In this document: in pieces, positions 52,272-64,000 of the stretch
Layout of the letters: the number at the start of each line of letters is the position of its first letter
Position numbering within the stretch: the stretch's first letter is position 1
Source of the DNA: Paragordius varius
Lineage: Eukaryota > Animalia > Nematomorpha
Length of the DNA stretch: 64,000 nt
Reading direction: 5' to 3'
Assembly: GCA_964247055.1 (NCBI GenBank)
Contig: OZ176050.1
Location: 7,316,001 to 7,380,000, forward strand
Translations under genes and position numbers: made by a program
The notes under the pieces: model-generated
Told to the model about the DNA's origin: nothing
Database searches by the model: none
The model's input: only the letters and a program-made list of their open reading frames with translations

Positions 52272-53226
52272 TAGATTTTTACAGCAGATTAGAGAGATTT
52301 AAAATTAACATGTGGTTAGCAAAGGGTTAGTGTCAAAAGGTTTTGTTTTGAAAATATATTATCCACTTGGATGCAACTAATTTTCAATGCTTTGATTCAA
52401 ATTGGGGTCATTATGATCCTAGGCCTACATCTGATATCAAAAATACAGGGTCAATTGATACCATTGCAAAAGTTTTTATTTATATAACATTGATGATCCG
52501 AAGCATATAAAAGATTCATTTGAAAATAACATCTTATGACTTATTTTATAGATACTTTAATGGTTATAAATTAGCCAACAAACATGGTGCTCAATCAAAA
52601 AATTAACTTCAATTTAGCATTGAATTCAATAAAGATAAATCCTAAAAATGTTTTAACACTCCATGACCTTTTCGGGTTTAAAACTACCATCAATATGTCA
52701 AGACAAAAAAGGGAAGCAATCATTTATCAAAATACGTCGATTTATATGAAACTTAAATCTAAAATATCTTTGTTATTTTGGCTCATAATATATTTTTAAT
52801 TATGAAGCATGAATATAAAATGAAACCGTCTCTTTCAGTAGTATTTCAATATCTATTTTACACTGCATAATTTAGAATAATTTTACGCCTCACGAACAAT
52901 TAATAAATATCTTAATAGACAAATAAAAATATGTTTAAGTTTTTAGGCGCATGATACAAAAAAATATTTATTTATAATGGTAAAAATTATCTTCTCTAAC
53001 TTTATCACCGCCAATCCTTTGATTTTTTGTTTTTAAATTGGATACAACTACATATAAGTTCTCCGATTCAAATTGGAGCCTTTTGTGGCCACCCGCCTGT
53101 TATAAATGATATTTTTAAAAATATGGAAAAAGAAACTATTGTAAAAAAATTTATTTATATAACAATGATGTGCCGAAATATAAAAAAAGCTTTGTTGAAA
53201 AACACTTTCTATAACTTATGTACTGA

Positions 53227-54727
53227 TGTTAACTTGATGAGGAGATAATATAAGAAACGTGAAAGGATTATTTATTCGGTTTTTTTGTGGTTTACATATA
53301 ATAATTTTAGGTGTACATAATTTGCATTATAACAATAAAATTTTAAGTAACAAAGAATATAATAGATAGTACCCAAAAAATATAAAAATAATACAATTCA
53401 AATAATGCTGAACGTTATGATATACAACCAAGGTATGTATTTCAAATTTGTATGTATCACAGAAAATTATGATATAAATACAAATATATTTCAGATTTGC
53501 ATAACATCACTTGCCCCTTAGGAGACCCGGACCGGCTTCCGCCGAATTCTCTCGGGGTAAGGATTTTCATTGATTTTGTCATTTTTGCTATTAATGTTAT
53601 CATTACTACTTTATTATTATTATTATCATTTATTTTATCAATATTATTGTCATTACTATTGTTATTATTATTCAACACTGTTACCTTTATTGTTGTTATT
53701 GTCTTTATCACTATCATTACTATTGTTTTGAGTGACCGGTGCAGTTGAGTTGGCGGTGTCGACGAATCATAGTTTGAAAGAGAACATCCTGTGTTATGTG
53801 TGTCGACGCGTTTCATTTGATATATGCCTCGCGCCACCCTAGACCATTTCTTTTAAACTGGTCCAGTCGCACTGGAATACCATCGGCGCTGTAAGGAATC
53901 TGAACAGTGTCCTTTTGTAACTGGAACATCCTCTTATGGTTGAAATCGTCGAGGGTGTAGCGACTCTTTAGCTCAACCTGGGGAGGTGGGCGTATTACCG
54001 ATCAATCTTATTACAAGCTTGTCCGCGCCAATCTAACTTACCCATCTATCTGTTGAATGATGTGGGAGTCCTCCCCAGCCATTTGTTGATATATCTAGAG
54101 TCGCTCCAGATTCATAGCCCGTTCACTTTCAGTGCTCTGGAGGTTGGTTTTCTGCATTTGCAATTGCGGCAGGCGGGACATTTGCTTGGCCCATGAATAC
54201 TCCTATAACCCTTGCGCGAATGTGTCCGAGGTTTTGATTGTTGTAATCGATTAAAATTATTACCTATGTTATAATTGGTATTATCATTATATTTTTTGAT
54301 GGACATGTTGGTGATATTGGCAATTGACATTATCATGGGTTGTTGCATTTTAAACTCTTCCACCATCCGAATTTTGAAACCCGGTGGGCTCCACTGTTGT
54401 GTTAGATTAGTTGTTAGATTAGTTCGGATTCGCTTGGCCAGCAGATGTTAACTTGATGAGAGATAATATAAGAAACGTGAAATGATTATTTATTCGGTTT
54501 TTTGTGGTTTATATATACTAATTTTTGGTGTACATAATTTGCATTATAACAATAAAATTTCAAGTAACAAATATAATATTTACATAGTACCCAAAAAATA
54601 CAAAAATAATACAATTCAAATAAGGCTGAAAGTTATGATATTCAACCAAGGTATGTATTTCAAATTTGTATGTAACACAGAAAATTATGATATAAAAACA
54701 AAGTATATATTTCAGATTTGCATAACA
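53227..54727 (-). mobile_element. Internally deleted LTR retroelement (gypsy-like), 1501 bp
   Basis: Direct repeats 53227-53506 and 54446-54727 (TGTTA...TAACA); flanks ACTGA / ACTGG (5-bp TSD, 1 mismatch); purine tract AAGGGGCAAG before the minus-strand 3' LTR; decayed gag knuckle (HGPSKCPACRNC) and integrase-tail-like text. No clear PBS. Confidence 0.82.
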
Positions 54728-55765
54728 ACTGGTTATGTCTCAATGGCTAAATAATGCAAAATTAACTGCTTATAAATCTTTGTGATTTTATAAAAACTTT
54801 AATTTTAGCCGTAGAATAAAATGACCCATTATTTTGGAAAAAGGTTGTAAAATAAAAATGGCTTCAAAGTAGTTTAACCCTTCAATTCAAATTGGGGTAT
54901 CTAAATAAACCAGACTAAATTTAGGATTTTGAAAAAAGTACTGAAGGAAACGGTCCCAATTTAAATTTATGCTTCTATCCTAATAAAAATTATATAAATA
55001 TGACAAAATATCTAAATAAAATTTTGTTTTGAAAAAAAGTTCCATATCTACTTCGACGCCATTTTTATTTACAAAATCTTTGCAATATCCTGTTTATTTG
55101 ATTATAAAGCTAAAATGAAAGCTAATTTTTATTTAAATTACATCTAACATTGATAGAAATAGAGAAAGCGGTTTATTTTGTATTATTATAAGTCTAAACC
55201 ATTTTAGATGAGTCCGAGAATTATAAATAAATTTTTTATTAAAAATCATTTTGAGAATGATTAGAAAGAATTTAATTTATTGCAATTGTATGGACCCTTT
55301 TATCTTTTTATGATTTGATCCATTTTTATATTTTGTCAATGGAGAAAAAATATTTTTTTATTTCAAACAGAGAGTAATCGTTCAAATCAAAAAATTGTGA
55401 CAACTTTCGCTCTAACGCACTGCCCTCCTGCCACGCATAAAACAACATATTTACTAAAAGCTTTTGTCCTTATTACGGAGGAGCAGCACTTATATTTTGT
55501 TATGTGTGATAAATATATGTAAAAATATTATTTATGAAATGACATGATATTTTATAATAATACTTTATTACAAATTTTCTTATGCGTGAAAAATATCATT
55601 TAACAATTTCAACTTTACGACTATCATCTAGTTGTTTCGGCTAATCATGTTTAAAAATAATTAATTAAATTATCTAAGAAATATTTTGGTTGACTCGAAA
55701 GCAGCGTCTTTTCCATTTTTTCGAATAATTGTTAGTCCTTTATATCAAAACTAATGAAATGAGAG

Positions 55766-56115
55766 GGGGGCAAGGGGTGCATCATGGCCCGGGTGCCGTT
55801 ATTTAGGGGCGCCTAAATGATTTTTTAAAATTAAATTTTAATTATGCAAAAATAATAAAATGAGATTTTTCAGCAATTTAGGTAATAATCCCTAAAATAT
55901 ATACTCTTTTATTCACCTAGTTAGTACCATTGAATAAATTTAGTATCATATAAATATATATTTATAGATTTAATATATGACTGTGCTGTCTATGGTGTTT
56001 AGGGTAAAACGTTTGTATTTTTTTAACTAAACTGTTTTATCGGCTTTTCAAAAAGGGGGGGGGGGGGTATAAAAGTTTTATACCCTGGGCGCCGCAAATT
56101 CTTGGTACGCCACTG
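55766..56115. mobile_element. hAT-like MITE lacking its left TIR
   Basis: Right end CTTGGTACGCCACTG (CAGTGGCGTACC type); GC-rich subterminal GGCCCGGGTGCC / CCTGGGCGCC; flanks AATGAGAG / AATGAGAT. Confidence 0.5.
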
Positions 56116-58362
56116 AATGAGATACTCTGCATTAAAAACTAAAAACAGGTAAAAAACATCACAAATGCAAACATGTGTTTAGAAACTAAAAAATGATTAC
56201 AACAGTGTATTGCGAATTTAAATTTGACTAATAAAATATAGCATTTCAAACACATTGCTCGTATTCAAATTCACTCATTTATAATTTTAGTTAGTATATT
56301 TCAAAAAGCGCTTAAGAATAATCAACCACCTCGAAAAAGTAAAACTCATAAAATCGGTACACTGGCCGCAATATTGGGCTTCTGGATTTCTCTCCGCTCA
56401 CGGATGAAGAAAGGTCGGGAATTCAGTGGTTTAATAGATTTAATACTTTTTTTTCTAAAATGCGTTTTTAAAATAAAAATAAAGAAAAAATACTAAATAT
56501 ATCATTGATTTAGGTTCTAGTTTTTACAATGATACATTAAAATTAAAATAAATATAATTTCGCTATTATAAATTATATGAATAATTATGTATATATATTA
56601 ACATTATTTGATGAGAGAACCCTATTATTTAAATAAATTTACTTAGCATATAATCTCATGACAGCATAACTACTTTGTAACCGTCAATGTAGTCTAATCC
56701 CCTCCATATTATTAAAAAAAATAAAAATTTATTAAATATCATAAAATATGGGACCCGTATATATTTGATTTCATCGGTTTATTTAGTGAAGGTTTGTGCA
56801 CCATTTTCCAAAATCTAAAAGAATAACAATATAGTATATTAAATATAGCAATTCAATGAATAAGATCTTTAATTTAAATCTAATAACTATCTTCACCTCC
56901 AATCTTTAAATTTTTAAATCCAAATTCATTATTTTATATTTAAAAGTAAGTTTTATAGCTCCATGATAAAAATTACGAAAGTATTAACGCTTCATGATTG
57001 TTTGGGATAGTTTTATGCACCAGGCCATTTAATATTTAATCTAAAAAATATAGCATTGAACCAATCTTTAGCCTTTTAAGCGCATGGCACCAAAAAAAAT
57101 TTTTAAGAAATGCAAAATTGTAAATTCATCTCAAAATTTTCGTCGCCATTTTTTATTTAATATTTTAAATCGTAAACGTAGGCAAAATGTATATTATGGT
57201 TGAAAAATATAAATAATTAACTTGAAAGCTTTCCATTATAATTTACCAGAAAATTTTTGATGTTTATTGATTTTTATATCAGCTGTTCGTTTGGATCGTA
57301 TTTAGAACTAAATTTGGGACTTTGTTTTTTAGTTTTTGTGTCTAATACAAGATAGGGTTTGCTAAATAACTTTCAAAACAGTATGTTTATTTGTAGAAAA
57401 CTACCCGAATATGTCATCGCGTACAAAAAATGAAGTTATGAAGCGTTAAAATCGGATATTATAAACAGCTGATAATTTAATCAAAATTTTAATATGCTTT
57501 TTATTCAAGGTTTTAAAATTAATTAAGTTTTCATAAGTTTAATCTTTAAGTTTTATGAGTAGTTTTGCTACATGAAAAAGCATTTATAGCGATTTTACAT
57601 TGAATATATTTATTTTTTTGTATTATTTTTATTAAATAAAAAAATAAGGTCTATATTGTAAATTTAAAGGCTTAGCTCCTTTAGTATAACGGCATTTTAA
57701 CTTTGAGATTCTGGTTTAAAAGGCGTTAAAAGACTTATATTTAAGAAAAACATCATCTCCAAAATAGAAAAATGAGGAATTTAATATATTTAAGAATTTC
57801 GCTAATCCTTTAAAAAAACCAATAGTGTGGTGGATTAAACAGGGGTTTAAATCCTTACTAAATCTTAATTATTTGTGTTTTTATTGTAATATGCTGACGG
57901 CTGGTTGTATCATAGAGAATACCGAATTGGCCTAAAATATTTAGTACTTTTTTTGTTAATTAGTCCTAAGGCTATCTGCTTGTTTAATATTAATCCGTAT
58001 TATTGTATCATTATATTAATTTATAAATTATCATTGAGTTTTAAAAAGCAAAATATTTGATGACCTACAAAGTTGCATGAGAGAAGTCAAATCCTCTATA
58101 TATCCGCAATCATAATTGACATTAATCTATTTTTTAAGTCGAAAATCTAAAACAGGTATTAGGACACTCTTAACACATTTCGTGTTTAACTTTGTTCTTT
58201 AAAGCAAAATAAAAATAGTTATTAAACAATTTTGAGCATATGCATATGGTTCCTAAACTTTTGAAATCTCAAACGATTCATTGAGGGAAAACCATATTTC
58301 CATTTAAATAAGAAAATTAATTGATAAAGTTATTAATTAAAATGGGTCAAAATGGAATCTAC

Positions 58363-61300
58363 CTGTAATTTTTTGAGCAATTTCGTGCATAACTTCTCTA
58401 AACTCTTTTGTCGTTCTTCCAAATTTCTAATTTTTTGCTCATAATTTTGGCATTCTCTAATGTAATTCACCGAAGCCTTCAAAATTGTCCCCTTGTTATG
58501 TTTAATATCTCTGTTTCAACAAAGATTAATTATATATATATCATATATATATTGTGTTAAATTTATAGATGATAAAAACAAAAATATTTACGCTAATATG
58601 CTTGGCGGTAGTAATGAAGCCAATTCTTTTATACGAAAATTAATGTTGTCTCTTCTGGCTCTCTCAACTAATTGATAAAACACATTAATCAAATTTTATG
58701 AAATTATAAATTACTAGTTATAAATTATTATTATTATTTAAATATATAAAGTTTGCGTTCGGTATTTTTTTTTAAAAAACACGAAAACGATCGTAATAAA
58801 GTAAATATATAAATGGATATAAAATTAATTATAACAATGTTTAAATTATGCGAAATAGGACAAAATATATTTTATATATAAATATCAATCCAATTACAAA
58901 TACAATTTAAATATTTATATTTAATTAGTCTTTTCAATCCAAATATATGAACATACAAATTAACGACAAGCATAAACAGGATCGGTGCGATCCCTAAACC
59001 ATTCTTTAAAATTAAAATCCGTTATGTTTTAAATTTTTGCAAAACACAAATAAAGATGGGTTTTAAAAGCTAAGTAGGTTTTTAATAAACATGTAACATA
59101 CATAGCTAATATTTTTTGCAATAAAAATGATAAATCCTTTTAATAAAATATAATATTACCACAAAATTATGTTTAATAATATATGGGAAGTAACCTCTAT
59201 TATGGTTATTTTTCTTTATCCGTTCCTTATTGCAATTCATGGGTAAACAATCCCGAGATCCCCTAATCATTTCATCCTTGGTGTAATGATTGTTTAAAAA
59301 GTAATCTGGACATGATGCTGAACTCTAAAAAATATAAAGTTTATGTGTGAACGATATATGTTTATATCTAGGTGAGTCCAACACGCGGCCCTCGAGATAA
59401 ATGAGCCGATGCTCACAAAATCTTAGTAAAATTGATATTTCAATTTTTCTAAATAAGTATCATAAACGGAAAAACTAAAAATTGTTATATTGTGTTTTTA
59501 TTTTATAGTCTTATATCTGAATTCAATTAAGTAATGCCCATATGTAGAAATGCTGCCAGCGAAGCCATTTGTGAACACCGCTGGCGGTAATGTGACCAGA
59601 TAGGCTGTTTTTCGCAGTACAGTACTGGGTTTTCAGAAAAAAACTGCGCCTGTACTGCGCCCACTTTTGTACTGCTTTTTGAAATTAAAAGAATTTAATT
59701 TTTTATAAAATAACCTTTTATTTATTCAAAAAATTATTTTAGAAATAAATATAGTACCCTCTATAAAAATAACCCCATAATTTGTAAAGAAATGGTTCAT
59801 TTTGCGGTAAAAATTAAGATTGGCCTATTTTTAATTGGTTTTATTTTCTGCTGGAATTATACAAAAAACTTATGATTGCAGTCTTTTGCTCAGTGGCGAA
59901 ATAAACCTCGGACTCCACCTTAAGATGCTCTTTCACTCAGGTCCGCAAAAAGAGGTGCTTAAAATTATAAAATTAATAAATTAATTTATGATATTTAAAT
60001 AAATGTTTGACCAAGTTTAGAAAGTTCATTTTTTATTATAATTATTAAACTGAAAATTATAAAGAAATTTGTTATTCCCGTAACATATTAAGCAAAATTT
60101 ATGGCATATCATTTTAAAATAATCCTTTTTTCTTATTAAAAAATAAAGAGTTTTTACGTTTTCTATATTTATTAGGTGGGAGGTATATTACTTGATTTTT
60201 TCCCTAAACTTTAATTTTTATTAGTTTTCTTATTTTTTTGCATAAACAAATTTGAGATATTTTGTTGAAGCGTCTTCAAACTATTTTGAATGATTGAAAC
60301 GGTATAACGTTCTAAGTTAAGATTAAACCCTTTTAAATAATCCGAGAATGTTAAACATTATTATAGGTTCAGAATTTCGATTTAAAGGTTTGTTTGATTG
60401 CAAATTTTGGTGAGTTTTTATCAAAAAACACATTCTCTATTTAACATAAATTTGAAAACGAACGAATCTTTTAATCAATATTTTGATTAAGAATAAGCAT
60501 AATCGAATTATATATATATATAAAATGTTGTAACATCTCAACCGTTTATATCGTTTTCATCAGCCCAAAATACTACGAAGTACGCTTCAACAAAATTTTG
60601 CTAAAAATTAAATTTTTGAAAGTGTCCATTTTTTAAAATATCAAAATTTAGCATACATTTAAAATTATTGCACAATGTCGAAATTTTTGCGTTTATTTTA
60701 ATAGAACAGTCCATTTAAAAGAGGGCATTTGGGACTTTCAGAGCTCACATCTAAAAATTTCAAAAGCGCCATGATAATCCAGAATTTTTCTTCTCAAACA
60801 TCTGGATATTTTTTTGTGGAAACTGTGTAATATACCATATCGATGGTGTAAAAACAGGCAAAATATGTTTTAATTTTGTACTGCGTCAAAGTTAAAAATA
60901 TCTGGTCACATTAATATACGGGAATATACATTAGGACATATTATTGTTATACAGAAATCGTAATGTACATACTTGATTAACTGAGCCATTTGGCCAATAA
61001 TATTTGGCTTCATCATTTTTGATTAAATCTTCAATCATATCGAGTTCATAATCAACCTTTAAAATGTATGGTATATAATGTACAAATTACATAACGTAAA
61101 ATTTCAATTTTCCTATAGTTGCATATTTTATAGATTTTTCTAAAAAAGTTGTATAAGGTTACCCTTTCTGTATTTAATAATTGAATACTAATATAAAGAA
61201 TACATGTTTCCCATCTCGCAATTCCATCAATTTATCACTACTCTCATATAACATAAGATCGGAAAAGCTAAGATCTTCATCGTCCGGTTTCGTAATTACT

Positions 61301-63410
61301 CTGTTTTCAAAATTATTGTCAGTATTTATACTATTGTTTGTGGGAATTTGATCTTTATGATGTAACTCATACTCATTGATACAACTTTCATTTTTTATTG
61401 TTAATTTTAAATTATCATTCTTATCATTAACATACTCATAATTATCGGTTTTATTTTGTGGAATGAATTCAGTGTTGCTCGCATACATAATATCATTGTA
61501 ATTTGTTTCAATCTCACATCTCCTGTCATCATAATAAGGAGTCAAATTGTTAACAGTGTTTTGTACATTGGAGTTATTATTATTATTATTATTGTAATTG
61601 TAGTTGTTTGTATTGTAATTGAAATCGTTTTCATTGGGTGTATAAGGGTAAGAAAGAGCTTCTTGAGGTGCATCAAGGTCAGTATATTGTTTCGATAATT
61701 CTTGGAGGTGGTAATCGGTAGGATTTGTTAACGGTGAAATGTACTAAAAAATTTATTATTTTCAATTTTAGTAAAAATTCCAAATTAAATTTAAAATAAT
61801 CCTTATATATGACTTTAGATTGAATCATTACTGAAATATATACAGGTGTATTATAAATTTTTTATTTCCAAATTTTTCTATATACAATTTTTAAACAATT
61901 ATTATAAACACAACAAAAAATGCTGATATATAGACAACAAATTTTTCTGCCACTCGAGTTTTTTGCATTTTCTGATATTTAGTATCATTTTAACAGTAAA
62001 TCTGAAATAAAAATTATAACTCGATGGAAGAATTTTGTATAATTTAATTTTTTTGATTATGCGCCCTCTTTATCAAAATATTACTAAAAAATGTTTCTTT
62101 GAAAATATTCAAGTAATGCCCATTTGTAATATATCATTCGAAAGAGTATTAAAAACTCTATAAAATGCATACTAATATGTATTACATCGACAGTTAATAT
62201 TGGACACATAGAGCGACAAACGCGCGAAGCGAGAGCATTTTTTTAATTATTATATTTTTAAAACTAATGGATGAAAATAGCTCAAACTTTGTTTAGATGG
62301 AGATGAATATCCAAAAAAGATAACACAAGAAAGTTTTTTTTGATTAAAACATTTTTTATTGCTTTTATGTCACACAAAACAGCCATTTTTAAGTTTTTTT
62401 GTTTTTAAAAATTACCATCTCATCAATAATTTATTTTCTTTACAAGGCTGATAATTTCGAAATTTTAAAGGCAATAACAAAGTTTAAGGTATTTTAGATC
62501 TTTTATTGCCATTATGTAATAAATTTACAGTTATAACTATGCATTTTAGTATCCACTAGGTAAAATATTTATGATAATAATAATTTTTATTAAAAAGCAA
62601 ACCAAAAGCTTTTTCAAACATTTTTTTAAATTAAATACTAATATAACCCTAATAATTATATTAAAATAATTTTTATAATTTTTAAATTAGTTTGTCTGTA
62701 AAAATTCTTGACTTATTTAGGAATTGAAAATTTCGACCATTTAAATTCAAATAACTTTTACATCCGATTGATTTTAATGTCTTACTACCATTTTAAAGAT
62801 TCAGTTTTTTGCGCTCTTTCGAATGATATAAAATACATGGTTTAATATCTAAAACTTTAAATTTTCGAAAATTCGATTTTAATGTTAAATCGGGGCCAAA
62901 AATTATCGATAAACTCTAATATAAAAAAATACTTCCATGCTAGACCAATTTTCTTTTCAGATATACTAATTATGTACTTTGATGAAATAAATTTTAAATT
63001 TACAAGAATGGCAGTTAAAAAAAGTTAAAATTTGTTGTCTAGTGAACACAAAAAATGCTGATATATTAATGGTATATATCTTTGATTTTACAAGGCCCTT
63101 GTGCATTATGCAAAATTTTTAATTTTGGAACATATTCTTTGTGCATGTTTAAATTTTAACAAAAAAATCAGATATAATACTTTTAACTATGATATGCATA
63201 TATAAAATATCAAACTTAACTACTATTTACCATAATTGCTAAATAACTTAGCAATAGAAATTAAAAGTAAATTATAACCTTTGGAGAGATTTGGGAAGAA
63301 GGTATTTGAGATGATGAATTAAACGGTAAATTAATCGATGTTACTACAATTTTATTGGATGAATCAAGAAATCTATGATCAGAATTATTCATCGAACTTT
63401 TGTCTCTCAT
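58363..63410 (-). CDS. MITF: MITF/TFE-family bHLH-ZIP transcription factor (3' end below 58363 unresolved)
   Basis: Exons 63279-63410, 61204-61743 (LTNPTDYHLQE, matching LENPTKYHIQQ), 60973-61056, 59195-59324 (SSASCP...KERIKKNNHNR), 58592-58667 (VERARRDNINFRIKELASLLP) and 58363-58510 (DIKHNKGTILKASVNYIRECQNYEQKIRNLEERQKSLEK). All splice in frame with GT-AG sites. Confidence 0.93.
59588..60913. mobile_element. Second copy of the TAATGTGACCAGA hAT MITE, opposite orientation, in MITF intron 3, with a ~450-bp extra segment
   Basis: Both TIRs are present and the interior aligns with 15519-16389. Flanks GCTGGCGG / ATATACGG do not form a TSD. Confidence 0.85.
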
Positions 63411-64000
63411 AATTTGTAGAAAATATTAAATATTTATATAATTACTGAAAATATGATGTAATGAGGTGTGTGTCCCTTCTCTTACTCTATATAAATGTTG
63501 CGAAATAGAACTGTTTACAACTTATATCTCTTCAACTTAGCCAATCAAAAATATGTATTTGTGTGGTGTGTTCATCGTCATACCGGTTTTTCATCCAACT
63601 TTTTGGCCATTTTATCCTCTAGTCATTTTTATAACAAAAAATATAATTAATGATAATGGCTTATAATAAAAATATTGCTACAAAAATATTTTGTATTGGA
63701 GCCAAACTTGTATTGAGATAAACAATTGTTTGATAGTTCAGAGAACTTCATTCATACAAGCAAAGCCACTTAGAGATTCATTGTATGGTCTGCAATTAAT
63801 TATAAATTTTAAAACTGTTTTACCAAATACTTAATTATTTGATATATGTATAAAAGGAACAAAAGTCAAATAAAATGTGGTGTGATTTTGTCGCAATAGT
63901 GGTGTGTTTTAACTTTTGCTGTTAAAACTCTTAATTTAATCTCTAGTTCACCACATGCGAATGACGTAATTATCATCTTACAATATTAGCACATTTTTTG

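Noticed and set aside
52584-53248. ORFs 52584-52799 and 53027-53248 as genes
   Set aside because: No recognisable motifs or consistent splice structure; the second runs into the LTR.
55400-55440. tRNA-derived SINE head on the minus strand (GCGTGGCAGGAGGGCAGTGCGTTAGAGCG)
   Set aside because: Only a vague A-box resemblance; no B box and no second copy.
57870-58360. Terminal MITF exon(s)
   Set aside because: Several acceptors give short open frames (e.g. ANSVFSMIQPAVSILQ*), but none can be chosen without transcript data.
60488-60510. Helitron-like TATATATATAAAATG inside the MITE
   Set aside because: Alignment with the sister MITE shows a local (TA)n expansion with no TC start.
61456-61698. 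Plus-strand hydrophobic ORF
   Set aside because: Antisense shadow of the Asn-rich MITF exon 2.

Overview
Very AT-rich animal (metazoan) genomic DNA read with the standard genetic code. Genes decoded by hand: the 5' part of a DMXL/Rabconnectin-3alpha gene (minus, ATG 15370, runs off the left edge), a complete UBE2D (19163-19730), FRA10AC1 (27453-29528), a GPI-anchored Ly6/uPAR protein (51532-51952) whose last codons overlap a convergent NEPRO/Rmp1-like ORF, and a MITF/TFE bHLH-ZIP gene (minus, ATG 63410). Four genes have very small spliceosomal introns of 21-26 nt, while the 14 introns mapped in DMXL and MITF are all 60 nt or longer. The centre is a nested structure. An RTE LINE is split by an 18.8-kb hAT transposon (TIR TAAGGTGACCAGA, TSD AGTATGAT). 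The hAT is interrupted at an A|T site by a 15.4-kb array of 14 near-identical 1056-bp units. Each unit begins with a Helitron 5' end (TCTATATATTTATAAAA), and the only hairpin-CTAG 3' end belongs to a terminal 145-bp mini-Helitron. A dispersed sister Helitron with a different 3' end sits inside another hAT MITE at 25793-27041. Also present: several MITEs, a 1.5-kb deleted LTR element, LINE and hAT remnants, and a hammerhead-ribozyme-like core. All family assignments come from recalled motifs, not database searches. The host is not identified; a reduced-intron invertebrate such as a dicyemid, orthonectid or myxozoan is only a possibility.
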